DNA of 64,000 nucleotides from Bdellovibrionales bacterium (GTDB taxonomy: Bacteria; Bdellovibrionota; Bdellovibrionia; Bdellovibrionales; JAGQZY01): positions 640,001 through 704,000 of the forward strand of contig CAXRHT010000001.1 of NCBI GenBank assembly GCA_964230645.1, given 5' to 3'. A model generated the notes under the pieces. That model saw nothing but the letters and a program-made list of their open reading frames with translations, searched no databases and was not told the DNA's origin. Positions 38,768 through 48,326 of the stretch are shown piece by piece. Numbering within the stretch: position 1 is the first letter of the stretch; each line of letters starts with the position of its first letter. The position numbers and the translations under genes were made by a program.

Positions 38768-39535
38768 ATGGGTTGGTTTTTCAAAGATAACCAAAAAACA
38801 TTCAACCTTAAAGAACTTGACCCACAAAGGTTAATGTATCGAGTCATGCCTCATTGGCTCGGTGAGATCATGACCAAGTATTTTCGTATCACTATCGAGG
38901 GAGAAGAGAATATCCCACGAAAAGGCCCAGCCCTCATCACGCCCAATCATTCTGGCTATATGGGTTTTGATGCTTTTTTATTGGGGCACCATATTCATCA
39001 GGCCACCCAAAGAAAAGCCCGCATTCTCACCCATAAGCTCTGGTTTATTAACCCCACAACGGCGATACCTATGAAGCGCCTAGGCTTTATTGAAGCTACC
39101 AAAACCAATGGCACGAAAGCTCTCGGTAAAAATAAACTTGTGGTTTTGTTTCCTGAAGGAGAGTACGGCAATTTTAAGCCATCTAGTAAAGCCTATCATT
39201 TGCAAGAGTTTCGTCGTGGATTTATTCGAATGGCCATCACTCAACAGGCCCCTATTGTTCCTACACTTATATTAGGAGCAGAAGAGACTCATATAAATCT
39301 CGCTCGCCTCAAATTTAGTAAATATCTTCGGGGGACCGTTTTGCCCCTACCACTCAATATTCTTCCACTGCCTGCTAAGTGGCATATTATTTTTATGGAA
39401 CCCATCCATCTGCCCTACACACCGTCGCAAGTGAGCGACCGGGAGCTAATAAAAGATTTGGCTCAAGACATTAGAGAGCGAATGCAAAAGCGCCTGAGTC
39501 ATGAAGTGAATAAAAGAAAGAATTTATACTTTTAA
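38768..39535 (+). CDS. PlsC-family lysophospholipid acyltransferase
   Basis: NHSGYMGFD (HxxxxD), FPEG, FRRGF. Confidence 0.88.
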   Translation: MGWFFKDNQKTFNLKELDPQRLMYRVMPHWLGEIMTKYFRITIEGEENIPRKGPALITPNHSGYMGFDAFLLGHHIHQATQRKARILTHKLWFINPTTAIPMKRLGFIEATKTNGTKALGKNKLVVLFPEGEYGNFKPSSKAYHLQEFRRGFIRMAITQQAPIVPTLILGAEETHINLARLKFSKYLRGTVLPLPLNILPLPAKWHIIFMEPIHLPYTPSQVSDRELIKDLAQDIRERMQKRLSHEVNKRKNLYF

Positions 39536-39536
39536 A

Positions 39537-39776
39537 TTAGTCGCCAAGGTCGTTACCGACCAGCTGTAAAAGCTGAGACCATTTGGTGATAACAACACCA
39601 TTGTTCCCTTCACCCCGACCTACCAAACCTTTGGTAAGGAGCGCACAGGCCGATACAGCCACAAACATTAAGAGGATATACTCCACCACAAGCTGGCCTT
39701 TATTTTGACGCAAACTCGACTTTACTGTAGGCTTTTCTTGTGTCTCAAAATGATACTGATCCCGGTGATCTTTCAT
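39537..39776 (-). CDS. Flp/TadE-like small pilin
   Basis: KG|QLVVEYILL motif followed by a hydrophobic helix; true start probably downstream of 39776. Confidence 0.6.
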   Translation of the reverse strand: MKDHRDQYHFETQEKPTVKSSLRQNKGQLVVEYILLMFVAVSACALLTKGLVGRGEGNNGVVITKWSQLLQLVGNDLGD

Positions 39777-40291
39777 CTCAACGCCTTCCTTTATGGGCCC
39801 AACTGAGCCTTGGTCTTGCTTTCCTCGTTCTCGTTTATATTACAGCTGTGACCTCTACCACCTATATATCGGCATGGGACAGAGAGGACTCAAATTATTA
39901 TACCAATGCTTTAGAGGGACTGAAAGTAAAAGGAATCAACCCCTCAGCTCCTACCCTCATTGCGTTTTGGGAACAGGGCTGTGAGGACTGCCGTAAAAAC
40001 ATCCGTTTCTTCTCAAAACTGCCTAGCTCCATTCGGCCTTACGCCATCCACCTTTATGATAAGAATCTCAAAGAGAGTGACCTTCGACAGCAGTGGGTTA
40101 GCTTAAACCCAGGTGTTGCTCAGCTTGTTTATGATGAAACAGAACTTCTTCAGACAAGTTTTAGAGTAAGGGGTGGTGCTATGGTGTTTTTGATCTTACC
40201 AAAAGATAAAGCGCTTTATAGCTATTGGGGAGAAATTGAAGACAATTACGAAAGACTCTCTGAAATCATCAAAGAGTCTTATCACAGATAA
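39740..40291 (+). CDS. Membrane-anchored thioredoxin-fold protein (TlpA/ResA-like)
   Basis: TM helix then AFWEQGCEDC (CxxC); start uncertain. Confidence 0.6.
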   Translation: MSQNDTDPGDLSSQRLPLWAQLSLGLAFLVLVYITAVTSTTYISAWDREDSNYYTNALEGLKVKGINPSAPTLIAFWEQGCEDCRKNIRFFSKLPSSIRPYAIHLYDKNLKESDLRQQWVSLNPGVAQLVYDETELLQTSFRVRGGAMVFLILPKDKALYSYWGEIEDNYERLSEIIKESYHR

Positions 40292-40297
40292 AAAATT

Positions 40298-40684
40298 TTA
40301 GGCTTGAGCGATCGGCTCTTCATCAAAACCGATTTGCTTATCGATATCAGCAAAAAAGTGATCGACGGTTTCTGGAGTCATAGGCCCCTGGATTCCAAAG
40401 ATTAAATCCTCACCCATTTCACCTGGAGCAAAAGTGTTGGCCTCACTTGCGAAGCGTGACTGGAACTCATCTGAGTTATTGTAGAGCATTATATAGCAGT
40501 AATTATCCGTGCCCTTTTTTCTCAAAAACTGCTCCCACTGATTTTTGCGGCTTTGAATTTTAAAATAAATCTCAAGAGCTTGTGATTCCTGTTCGTTTGA
40601 AAAGTAAATACGAATTGGGTCAGAAAAAATAGCTGTGTTAAAATCAGAAGAGAAGTATTTAGTTTTGGTTATGTAACGATCCAT
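40298..40684 (-). CDS. Hypothetical protein
   Basis: GGGGG RBS then ATG; 128-aa ORF (KYFSSDFNTAIFSDPIRIYF). Confidence 0.65.
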   Translation of the reverse strand: MDRYITKTKYFSSDFNTAIFSDPIRIYFSNEQESQALEIYFKIQSRKNQWEQFLRKKGTDNYCYIMLYNNSDEFQSRFASEANTFAPGEMGEDLIFGIQGPMTPETVDHFFADIDKQIGFDEEPIAQA

Positions 40685-41030
40685 GTTTATAACCCCCGTT
40701 TGTGAGTTCAAGGCTAGAACTGTTAAAAACACTAAGTCTATTATTTTTTGCCTTTTAAACAAGGCGTTAACAAAAAGCCAGACCTTTCAGTAAACAATCG
40801 AAAATATTGCTATTTTCCTTTGCGCGTTCGGATTTTTTTGTGGTTAAATCTTGGGTCTTTTCATACCCACGACAGGCTTGGTTTTTTTCTTCATTCCACC
40901 TCTTTTATAAATTTATACTACAAAAAAGTAGGTCTTGAATTGACCCCAAAAAGAATGTGCAATTGTAGACAAGAAATCTTCTCGATTGCTCCATGCTCAA
41001 AATTAAAGTGCGATGTAGAGTGAAGACTTT

Positions 41031-41681
41031 ATGAGGGGCAAAATGAAATTTACGACCGTGGTTTTAATCATGAGTTTATCCATTATTTTTTTAGGCTGCT
41101 CGGTCTTTGGTGTTCGCTCAGCCCCCACACCTGATTACCAAGTACTCGTTGAAGATAAAGATAAGCAAATCAGAGAATACGACGAATATATTGTAGCCAA
41201 AACAACCGTCTCAGAATCTAATTACGATGATGCCCAGAACAAAGCCTTTAGACGTCTGGCGGATTATATTTTTGGAAAAAATAAAACGAATACCGAAATG
41301 AAAATGACAACTCCTGTGACACAAAAAAATAATTCCAGTGAAACATTAGAAATGACAGCTCCCGTTTTGCAGTCTGAGGGTGAAAACTCTCGGACCATGA
41401 GCTTCATTATGCCAAAAGAATATACGATGGAGTCTTTACCTGCACCCAAAGACTCTCGAATCGAATTTGAAAAGGTCCCAAAAAGAACCATGGCCGCTAT
41501 CCGCTACACTTGGTCAGAAAATAAAGAGCGCAATCAAAAAAAAGCTCAAGAACTTTTAGATTGGCTTAAAAAGCAACCTAAATACAAACAAGTCGCGTCC
41601 CCAGTGTATGCCGGCTACGATCCCCCTTGGACTCTCCCCTTTTTACGTAGAAATGAAATGCTTATTGAAGTTAAAAAGTAA
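41031..41681 (+). CDS. SOUL heme-binding family lipoprotein
   Basis: Lipobox FLGC; AFRRLADYIFG, MTAPV, YDPPWTLPFLRRNE. Confidence 0.92.
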   Translation: MRGKMKFTTVVLIMSLSIIFLGCSVFGVRSAPTPDYQVLVEDKDKQIREYDEYIVAKTTVSESNYDDAQNKAFRRLADYIFGKNKTNTEMKMTTPVTQKNNSSETLEMTAPVLQSEGENSRTMSFIMPKEYTMESLPAPKDSRIEFEKVPKRTMAAIRYTWSENKERNQKKAQELLDWLKKQPKYKQVASPVYAGYDPPWTLPFLRRNEMLIEVKK

Positions 41682-41698
41682 ATTGAAAGTACCTTGAA

Positions 41699-41886
41699 AG
41701 TACCTGGTTCTTTTTTCGTATGCGTGGTGTTAATGCCGACGAGTCCTCACTGAAAATTCAAGTCTGGTGTTGGTTCTCCCTAATAGCCAGGCTTCGGAAA
41801 CAGAAATGGCAATCCAAATTCACTACCGGGACAATGATGTTAAAAGCAATCTTGACGTTGTGCTTCCGAAAAAAGAACCTGGTACC
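41699..41886. mobile_element. MITE/REPIN-like element, family B copy 2
   Basis: GTACCTGGTTCTTTTTTCG...CGAAAAAAGAACCTGGTAC arms; 28-nt identity with the copy at 6850-6877; interior unrelated to copy 1. Confidence 0.75.
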
Positions 41887-41888
41887 CT

Positions 41889-43118
41889 CTAGGGTTTTAC
41901 TGCTTTTCCTTTTATATAGGTTTTTTCGGCCTGATGATTTTCCATCGAGTAGAAGAAGTTTTGCCAGGGTTTTTCTGTGATGAAGAAGTCGGCTTGTTTT
42001 CCTAGGGTGAGTGATCCTCTTTGGTTTTCTAGACCGAGAGCGCAGGCGCCATTGTAGGTGAGTGCTGCGAAGACTTCGGGTAGAGACATTTTCATTTTTA
42101 ATCTTGCAAGAAGACCGACAAAGCTTATGTTCTGAGTGGGACTAGAGCCTGGGTTATGGTCAGTGGCTAGAGCCACTCTTCCGCCTTGATCAATGAGAGC
42201 TCTGGCATCAGGGTAATCGCATTGAAGGTAAAAGTCGGCGGCTGGAAGAAGGACGGCTACTGTTTGAGACTGAGCGAGAGTTTTTTTGCCTTTTTTATCA
42301 AGGCAGATCACATGGTCAGCCGATTGCGCCTTTAACTCGACAGCCAAATCACTACCACCGGTGAGATTGAGTTGATCGGCGTGAATGGTGACCTTAAAGC
42401 CCATTTCTATGGCTGTGTTCAGATAGTCTTTGGCTTTTTCTTTTGAGAAATAATTCTTTTCAACGAAGATATCCACTCGGTCGGCAAGCTTGTTTTTCTT
42501 TATTATTTTTAAGTCTTCTTTGAGAGTTTCAAGGTAGCTTTCCTCATTCATTTCTTTGGGAATGGCGTGCGCCCCTAGGTAAGTGGTAACCACTTGGATA
42601 CCTTTCAGGGCTCTGGCGGCTTTGAGCATTTTTTTTTCGGTCTTTAAATTGAGGCCGTAGCCACTTTTTATTTCAACTGTTGTAACACCTTGTTTGAGAT
42701 GCTCCTTCACCCTTTGTTGAGCGAGTTCGGTGAGCTTTTTCTCACTGGCCTTGCGAGTGGACTCGACTGTAAATAAAATCCCTCCGCCTTTATTGGCGAT
42801 TTCTTGATAGCTGGTTCCCTGATTTCGAAGTTCAAACTCGTGCTTTCTATCGCCAGCGAAAACAAAATGGGTATGGCAATCGATAAATCCCGGAAAGACG
42901 TTTTTCTTTTTTAAGTCTACCTCTTTCAAAGCTTTGTAAGCTTTAGGGATTTTATCATTGTTTCCAATCCAAGAGATTTTACCGTCCTCTACAGCGAAAG
43001 CTTTTTTCTTCACAACACCGAGATCCTCTTTTAAAGGCTTTCGGCCCTGCTTTTGGAGGACTCCTGAGAGAGTCATCAACTCCCCTGCATTTCGAAAGAT
43101 GGTTCCCTTTTTAGCCAA
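41889..43118 (-). CDS. hutI: Imidazolonepropionase
   Basis: PGFIDCHTH, EIKSGYGL, HADQL, SADH, ALATDHNPGS. Confidence 0.95.
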   Translation of the reverse strand: MAKKGTIFRNAGELMTLSGVLQKQGRKPLKEDLGVVKKKAFAVEDGKISWIGNNDKIPKAYKALKEVDLKKKNVFPGFIDCHTHFVFAGDRKHEFELRNQGTSYQEIANKGGGILFTVESTRKASEKKLTELAQQRVKEHLKQGVTTVEIKSGYGLNLKTEKKMLKAARALKGIQVVTTYLGAHAIPKEMNEESYLETLKEDLKIIKKNKLADRVDIFVEKNYFSKEKAKDYLNTAIEMGFKVTIHADQLNLTGGSDLAVELKAQSADHVICLDKKGKKTLAQSQTVAVLLPAADFYLQCDYPDARALIDQGGRVALATDHNPGSSPTQNISFVGLLARLKMKMSLPEVFAALTYNGACALGLENQRGSLTLGKQADFFITEKPWQNFFYSMENHQAEKTYIKGKAVKP

Positions 43119-43305
43119 TGCGCCTCCCCCATTTGTGTACGATCTTTAAAATTTAATCGGATGAGGCCTTTTTAATTACTTTAAATGATTCATTTTTTCA
43201 TCTCTCGGGAAATGACGCACCTTTCCTCGTTGCTCACCCCTCAGAAGTCGCCTAAAAAAGGCCATGGAAGTAGAGAGGTCATTACTTAATCTGGGGGGAT
43301 TATAT

Positions 43306-44472
43306 ATGAAAAACCACATCCGTTTCTCACGTCTATTTTTGCTTTTAGGTCTGTCATTTCTAATCACCCACTGTGGGTCTTCAGAATCAGAGGATAACAC
43401 CAACAAACGCTTAGGCTTTGGCCCCACCGCTTATGATATTGGTGACTGCAGCCAATCCCCTCTTGATGGACGAGACTACGAAACCATTAACTTCCAAGGG
43501 GCTACGCAAGCAACAGGCTATTTTAATAAGAGTTTTACAGCCACAGCTTTTAACGAGGCCCTCACTACCAATAGTTACTCGATTGTCGATGCTCTTTATT
43601 TTAATCAAAATGTGAATGTCTACCGCATCCCCGACAGCCGCCAAGGCCGCTGCCAGTATTTTGATTTTATTTTTGAAGCCCCTTTAGCTTTTGAACAGAA
43701 GTGGAATGAAGTGCAAGGTCAATCCCCCACAGGAGGAAGACTTCTTGGGCTTTTCTCGACAATCTATGAAAAGAATACGGCCTCCCTCCAGGTTCAACTC
43801 ACCCAACCCACAATTCTTCTTCGTGGCGATACTGAAAAATGGACCCTTATTCACGAAATGACTCACTACCTTTTTGCTAAAAACAGAGCCACCCAACTTG
43901 ATATGCCCTTTCCACGGGATCTTCAAATGCAGGCGCTACAGTTTAAACAACAGGCTAGAGAGGCGAAGGAAAAATTTGATAACAGACCTCGCCCCCGTTT
44001 AGCCCAAGAGCTCGTACAAGCTCACCAGAGTTATTGGCAGGCGAACCTAAGCCTTGATGAACAAACAGCGCTTGAAGAGTTTACTATTGAATCCTTATTG
44101 GTAGAAAAACTTCGGGCTGGAGAGATCACTGGAGTGAATCCAAGTCTTAATATGCAGCAGGCTTACTTTTACATGAGTTTTAGTGCGCGTGAAGTGACAA
44201 GGTCCTATCGAAGGTTTCTTCAGGAGCTTGAAACATTAGATCTTAGTAACTTTCCAGGAGCCAATAGAAAGTTAACCAGCCTAAAAAGAGAGATCCGTCA
44301 GACTCTTCGATTTATTCAGGAAAAGTTAGAGCTCGTCACCCCCACTCATCAACCCTTTATTTCCTCTGCAAGCTTTACGGAGGAGGAAGAAAGCTTTGAG
44401 CCTGACCTTTATTTTCACTATGACATTGAGGCTTTTAGAAAGCGTCACGAACTCATGAGAAATTGGGACTGA
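43306..44472 (+). CDS. Lipoprotein, putative zincin metallopeptidase
   Basis: Lipobox ITHC; TLIHEMTHYL (HExxH); downstream EEFTIE candidate third ligand. Confidence 0.65.
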   Translation: MKNHIRFSRLFLLLGLSFLITHCGSSESEDNTNKRLGFGPTAYDIGDCSQSPLDGRDYETINFQGATQATGYFNKSFTATAFNEALTTNSYSIVDALYFNQNVNVYRIPDSRQGRCQYFDFIFEAPLAFEQKWNEVQGQSPTGGRLLGLFSTIYEKNTASLQVQLTQPTILLRGDTEKWTLIHEMTHYLFAKNRATQLDMPFPRDLQMQALQFKQQAREAKEKFDNRPRPRLAQELVQAHQSYWQANLSLDEQTALEEFTIESLLVEKLRAGEITGVNPSLNMQQAYFYMSFSAREVTRSYRRFLQELETLDLSNFPGANRKLTSLKREIRQTLRFIQEKLELVTPTHQPFISSASFTEEEESFEPDLYFHYDIEAFRKRHELMRNWD

Positions 44473-44475
44473 TTT

Positions 44476-45936
44476 TTAGGACACTTTCTTAAGATTATAG
44501 AAAGTGCTCGACTCAGAAACAGGCTCAATAAAACCTTGGTCCTCTAAATTTTTAAAAGCCCGGTACCACTGGTGCTGGCTCAGAGGAATAATGCCAAAGG
44601 CATCTTTGGCCCTAAACCGATGGGAAAGGCCGTTCTGGTAAAGAAGATGGGCCAAGAACTGCTCTCTTGATGAGAAAATCATTTCTCGGTGCATTTTAAA
44701 AACACAACCCGGTGTTGGCCTCAGCCGATAGCCCCCGGAGGTTGTTTCAAGTGTGAGGTGCATTTTCTCTTTTTTAATAAGCTGGCCGAGTTGCTCCACC
44801 AAACGATAAACCTTTTTGATACTGGTGTTCGGATCAAAAAGCTCTTCTGGGAAAAGACTATTGAAAATTCTAACAACAGACCAAGGCTGATAGAAGTCAG
44901 CACTTAAAAGCATTAAGAGGCGATGAATGGACTTTCCATAGGAAACTGGCACATCCTTCATCTTGTAAAAATCAAAAGTTTGACTCTCCCCTTGCCAGGG
45001 CCTGCCGTCTTTCCAATCGAAGATGATGGGGAAGGTGGCTTTTCCCCACTGTTTGAGCATATGCTCTCTAAAATGAGGAAATGGAGTTCCAAAAAAGACA
45101 TGGTTCATTTGCTCATGGTTTTCAGTGATGAGAGCCAGTTGCCAGGTGAAGTCTCGAATCACTTCCCACATGCCGTTGTCTCTTGAATTTTTAAAGAAGG
45201 CCTTTACTTCTAAAGACTCCGGGGTGATTTTACCTTGTTTTAATTTGGCTAATAAAAGCCACTTTTCAATAAAGAAGCTTGTCTGAGCCACCTGCTGGCC
45301 GGTTTGCTTTTTGAGTTCTTCAAGTAAACTCGTCGCTTCATCGAGCTTGCCGGTTTTATAGAAAATTTGCCCACGAGTTTCTTTAAGATTTAAAAGAAGG
45401 TGAGGACTGTTTTTTTCACACTCCTCTTCTAACTCCACGAGAAGTTTTAGAGCTCTGTCGTACTCTTGGTTTTCCACTAAGCATACGACCAAATTAATAT
45501 TTCCAACCAGCTTGTCTTTGGTGGCAAGTTCTTCGTGGTTTAAAAACTTTTCAAGCTCACTCTGAGCCTTTTTGTAGTTCCAGTAGTGGATATGGCAGAA
45601 GGCTCGATTAAGATGAGTTTTCGGGTATTCAGGCGCTCTTTCCAAAAGAATCAAAGCTTGGTTGATTAAGCCTAGCTTTCTCACCGAACTGGCGTATTCA
45701 ATCAGGTCGTCATACTCAGGTCTTCCCGCTCCAAAAACATTGGGCTGGAGAATTTTTATGGCAAGTTTTAACTCTCCACTTCTTCTTGCCAGAGATGCCA
45801 TTTGTGCACGATCTTTTTTCGGAATTTTTGAGGCGTCTAATTTTGTGAGTCGCTGTCTGGCCTCTTCGATTTGAAAAGAGTTAATAAGAGCATCGATCTC
45901 TTTGAAAATGTCGGAATAAAGTAGGGCCTCGGACAT
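44476..45936 (-). CDS. TPR-repeat protein with probable C-terminal winged-helix DNA-binding domain(s)
   Basis: TPR-like helices; C-terminal ..LFPEELFDP..KKVYRLV..GGYRL (OmpR/SARP-like wHTH pattern) plus a second short helical HTH-like segment. Confidence 0.6.
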   Translation of the reverse strand: MSEALLYSDIFKEIDALINSFQIEEARQRLTKLDASKIPKKDRAQMASLARRSGELKLAIKILQPNVFGAGRPEYDDLIEYASSVRKLGLINQALILLERAPEYPKTHLNRAFCHIHYWNYKKAQSELEKFLNHEELATKDKLVGNINLVVCLVENQEYDRALKLLVELEEECEKNSPHLLLNLKETRGQIFYKTGKLDEATSLLEELKKQTGQQVAQTSFFIEKWLLLAKLKQGKITPESLEVKAFFKNSRDNGMWEVIRDFTWQLALITENHEQMNHVFFGTPFPHFREHMLKQWGKATFPIIFDWKDGRPWQGESQTFDFYKMKDVPVSYGKSIHRLLMLLSADFYQPWSVVRIFNSLFPEELFDPNTSIKKVYRLVEQLGQLIKKEKMHLTLETTSGGYRLRPTPGCVFKMHREMIFSSREQFLAHLLYQNGLSHRFRAKDAFGIIPLSQHQWYRAFKNLEDQGFIEPVSESSTFYNLKKVS

Positions 45937-46119
45937 ATGTCTTTTTCGGCATTGAGGACCGAAAATCTTAGCAAAAGCCTCGCCTGTCTCAATTTGTGAC
46001 AATACTATAGTCATTCTCTCAGTAACTCATTGGAATATTTTTACAAAACCGGATCTTCATTGCGCTCGTCAGTCTTAAGTTGTTTATATAACTCAAGCAA
46101 AACCTAGAAGGAGACTTTA

Positions 46120-46881
46120 ATGAAACACCTATTTTTCGTTTTCGCTCTTACACTCACTTTTGGAGCCCAGGCTTCGGAGAAAGTGGTCTGTCAGAGTACG
46201 CAAACAAGTTACACCTATGTATTTGATATTACTAATAATACTGTTGATATCACCTCAGCCAATGATTCTTTTTCAGCCAACGCTGAGGTCACATACACGC
46301 CTGGACAAGGAGAAGACATTCTCTACACGATCAGTCAGGGTGAGTATCAAGTGGGTGTGATCAACGGTGAAGAGGGCTTAAGAGCCAATTTTGACCATGG
46401 AATTTTTGAATCAAACCTCATGGACACCGGTCTTGAGTGCGAATCAGTCAGTGATGAAAACCAAGTGATGTGGAATGAGGAAGGAGACAGTTGTGCTGTC
46501 GATGCTTACGTTTTTGAATCCAGCGTGGGCGAGCAAGACTATATTTCTTTAAACATCAACTCCGATGTTTCCAATGGTCACTACCTTATGGATACAAATG
46601 TTTATCAAACCTTGTTCGTTGAGAAAAAAGAAGCACAGTTTGAAACCGACTGGAACTCAATTAAGTATGTCGGTAAAAAAACGGACGGAGGCTATGAAAT
46701 TAAAATCACCAGCAGTCACCTTTTAAACAGAAGGTACAAAAACTTTTTGGAATCTAGCTACACTTTCACTTTTAATCAAAATGGCAGCATTGCTTCCATT
46801 GCCATTAAAACTCACGAAAAGTGGCCTTTTCCTAGTAATATTATCTTTAATGACAAAGAATCATTAACCTGTCAGTTCTAA
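46120..46881 (+). CDS. Secreted beta-rich hypothetical protein
   Basis: AAGGAG RBS; signal peptide ending in AQA; 4 Cys; ends in TCQF. Confidence 0.75.
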   Translation: MKHLFFVFALTLTFGAQASEKVVCQSTQTSYTYVFDITNNTVDITSANDSFSANAEVTYTPGQGEDILYTISQGEYQVGVINGEEGLRANFDHGIFESNLMDTGLECESVSDENQVMWNEEGDSCAVDAYVFESSVGEQDYISLNINSDVSNGHYLMDTNVYQTLFVEKKEAQFETDWNSIKYVGKKTDGGYEIKITSSHLLNRRYKNFLESSYTFTFNQNGSIASIAIKTHEKWPFPSNIIFNDKESLTCQF

Positions 46882-46902
46882 TTTTTTAAGAACAGAACAT
46901 AT

Positions 46903-46932
46903 AAGCCTTTCGCTTTGAGAAAGGCTTTTTTT
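46903..46932 (+). terminator. Intrinsic terminator
   Basis: AAGCCTTTC-GCTTTGA-GAAAGGCTT followed by a T run. Confidence 0.8.
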
Positions 46933-46946
46933 ATGCCTTTAAAAGA

Positions 46947-48245
46947 TTAAGGCTTCAAACGAAGAAATAAAGTGGTGCCCTGAGGGGATGTTTGAACATC
47001 AAGACTCCCTCCCCACACCTCTAGACTCCTCTTAGCGTGAGCTAAACCCATTCCTGATCCGGAATCTTTGCCATAAGTAAAACCCTGGTCAAAAATCTGA
47101 GGAAGGACCTGTTCTGGGATCCCAGGGCCATTGTCTGAAATTTTGATAAGATATTCCGAGGTTTCTTTTTCGAGCACTACCTTGATTCTGGCCTTCTCCT
47201 CGTTCACAGCTTCAATTCCATTATTAATAATATTTGAGATCACACGTGTGAACTCCTTTGCATCTAACAACAAAGGGGCTTGGGGGATATTCGCCACGAA
47301 GTCGATAATCACCGATCGATTTTTATACTCCATGGTTTTCTCATCGATGATTGAGCCGAGTAGTTTTACCAAATCGATGTTTTCAACCTTTGAAGTTGTT
47401 ACGAAATCGTCTGGATCTTTCACTTTTAAGTCTTCAGCGATCGTCTTAATACGCTCGGCCGCCCGTTCGATCAAACTTTTATGTTTTTCAGTTCCTGCTG
47501 GCAGAGAAGATACGGCCATCTTTAAAGCCCCTAGAGGAGACTGGATATCGTGGTTTACCTGCCGACTCAAACGATTCAAAGCTTTGAGAACTTCGAAGTC
47601 TTTGAGCTTTGTTTGTTGCAAAGAGATTTCAGAGAGTAGCTGGGTGAGGGTGTTTTTGAAATCCTCTGTTTCTTTAAAACGGGTCCCCTGCGAATAGTGC
47701 TTAAAATCAATTTCATCCAAGGACTTTATTTCTTCGAAACGAAGATCTTGACTCAAAGCCTCGACAGGTCTTGAAAAATAGACGGCTGTTGAGACAAGAA
47801 CTTTTCTCATTAATAAAAAGAAGAGAAGACTGATCAGTAAAGAAAGCGCCAAGGCATTAACTAAAAAGAAATAAGAAATACTGTAAGCATACGAGAGATG
47901 CCAAGGGCTATCAGAATTCGATCCCAATACAAAATGGTCTTGCACACGAATTCCGGAGGACTTAAGCGTAAAGCTCCCCTCAAAGGAGTCTTTAGGGGCG
48001 TTATCGGAGGGATAAAAGCTGATCCACTCCTGGTCTGCGGAATTTCTAATTCCAGCCTCAGTCACGATTTCAGAATCCACAAAAGCGACAACGTATTTGG
48101 TAATAAAAAACAGATCCCCAATTTTTAGGGAATTCACCAAAAAGTCTTTATCAACCTCGAGCTTTTTTTCGATGGCATAGCGCTTCTGTTGGAACTGGAA
48201 GCTGAAGAAAAGAAGGGATAAAATCAAAAAGGCAAACACACTCAT
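46947..48245 (-). CDS. Orphan sensor histidine kinase
   Basis: Two TM helices; NHDIQSPL (H box), NIINNGIEA (N box), DNGPGI, GSGMGL. Confidence 0.92.
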   Translation of the reverse strand: MSVFAFLILSLLFFSFQFQQKRYAIEKKLEVDKDFLVNSLKIGDLFFITKYVVAFVDSEIVTEAGIRNSADQEWISFYPSDNAPKDSFEGSFTLKSSGIRVQDHFVLGSNSDSPWHLSYAYSISYFFLVNALALSLLISLLFFLLMRKVLVSTAVYFSRPVEALSQDLRFEEIKSLDEIDFKHYSQGTRFKETEDFKNTLTQLLSEISLQQTKLKDFEVLKALNRLSRQVNHDIQSPLGALKMAVSSLPAGTEKHKSLIERAAERIKTIAEDLKVKDPDDFVTTSKVENIDLVKLLGSIIDEKTMEYKNRSVIIDFVANIPQAPLLLDAKEFTRVISNIINNGIEAVNEEKARIKVVLEKETSEYLIKISDNGPGIPEQVLPQIFDQGFTYGKDSGSGMGLAHAKRSLEVWGGSLDVQTSPQGTTLFLRLKP

Positions 48246-48326
48246 CTTTATTGATAAGTTGAAGGTTTTTGAATGAGCCTCTTTTATGATCGACTTTTGA
48301 ATAAGCCCTTCCCTTTTTAATTGTCT

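Noticed and set aside
41720..41980. 86-aa plus-strand ORF
   Set aside because: Lies within the family B element and runs antisense into hutI; no RBS or recognisable motif.
47131..47697. Long antisense ORFs (188 aa here; also 2448-2951 and 8638-9102)
   Set aside because: Shadow frames of well-supported genes, with no motifs of their own.
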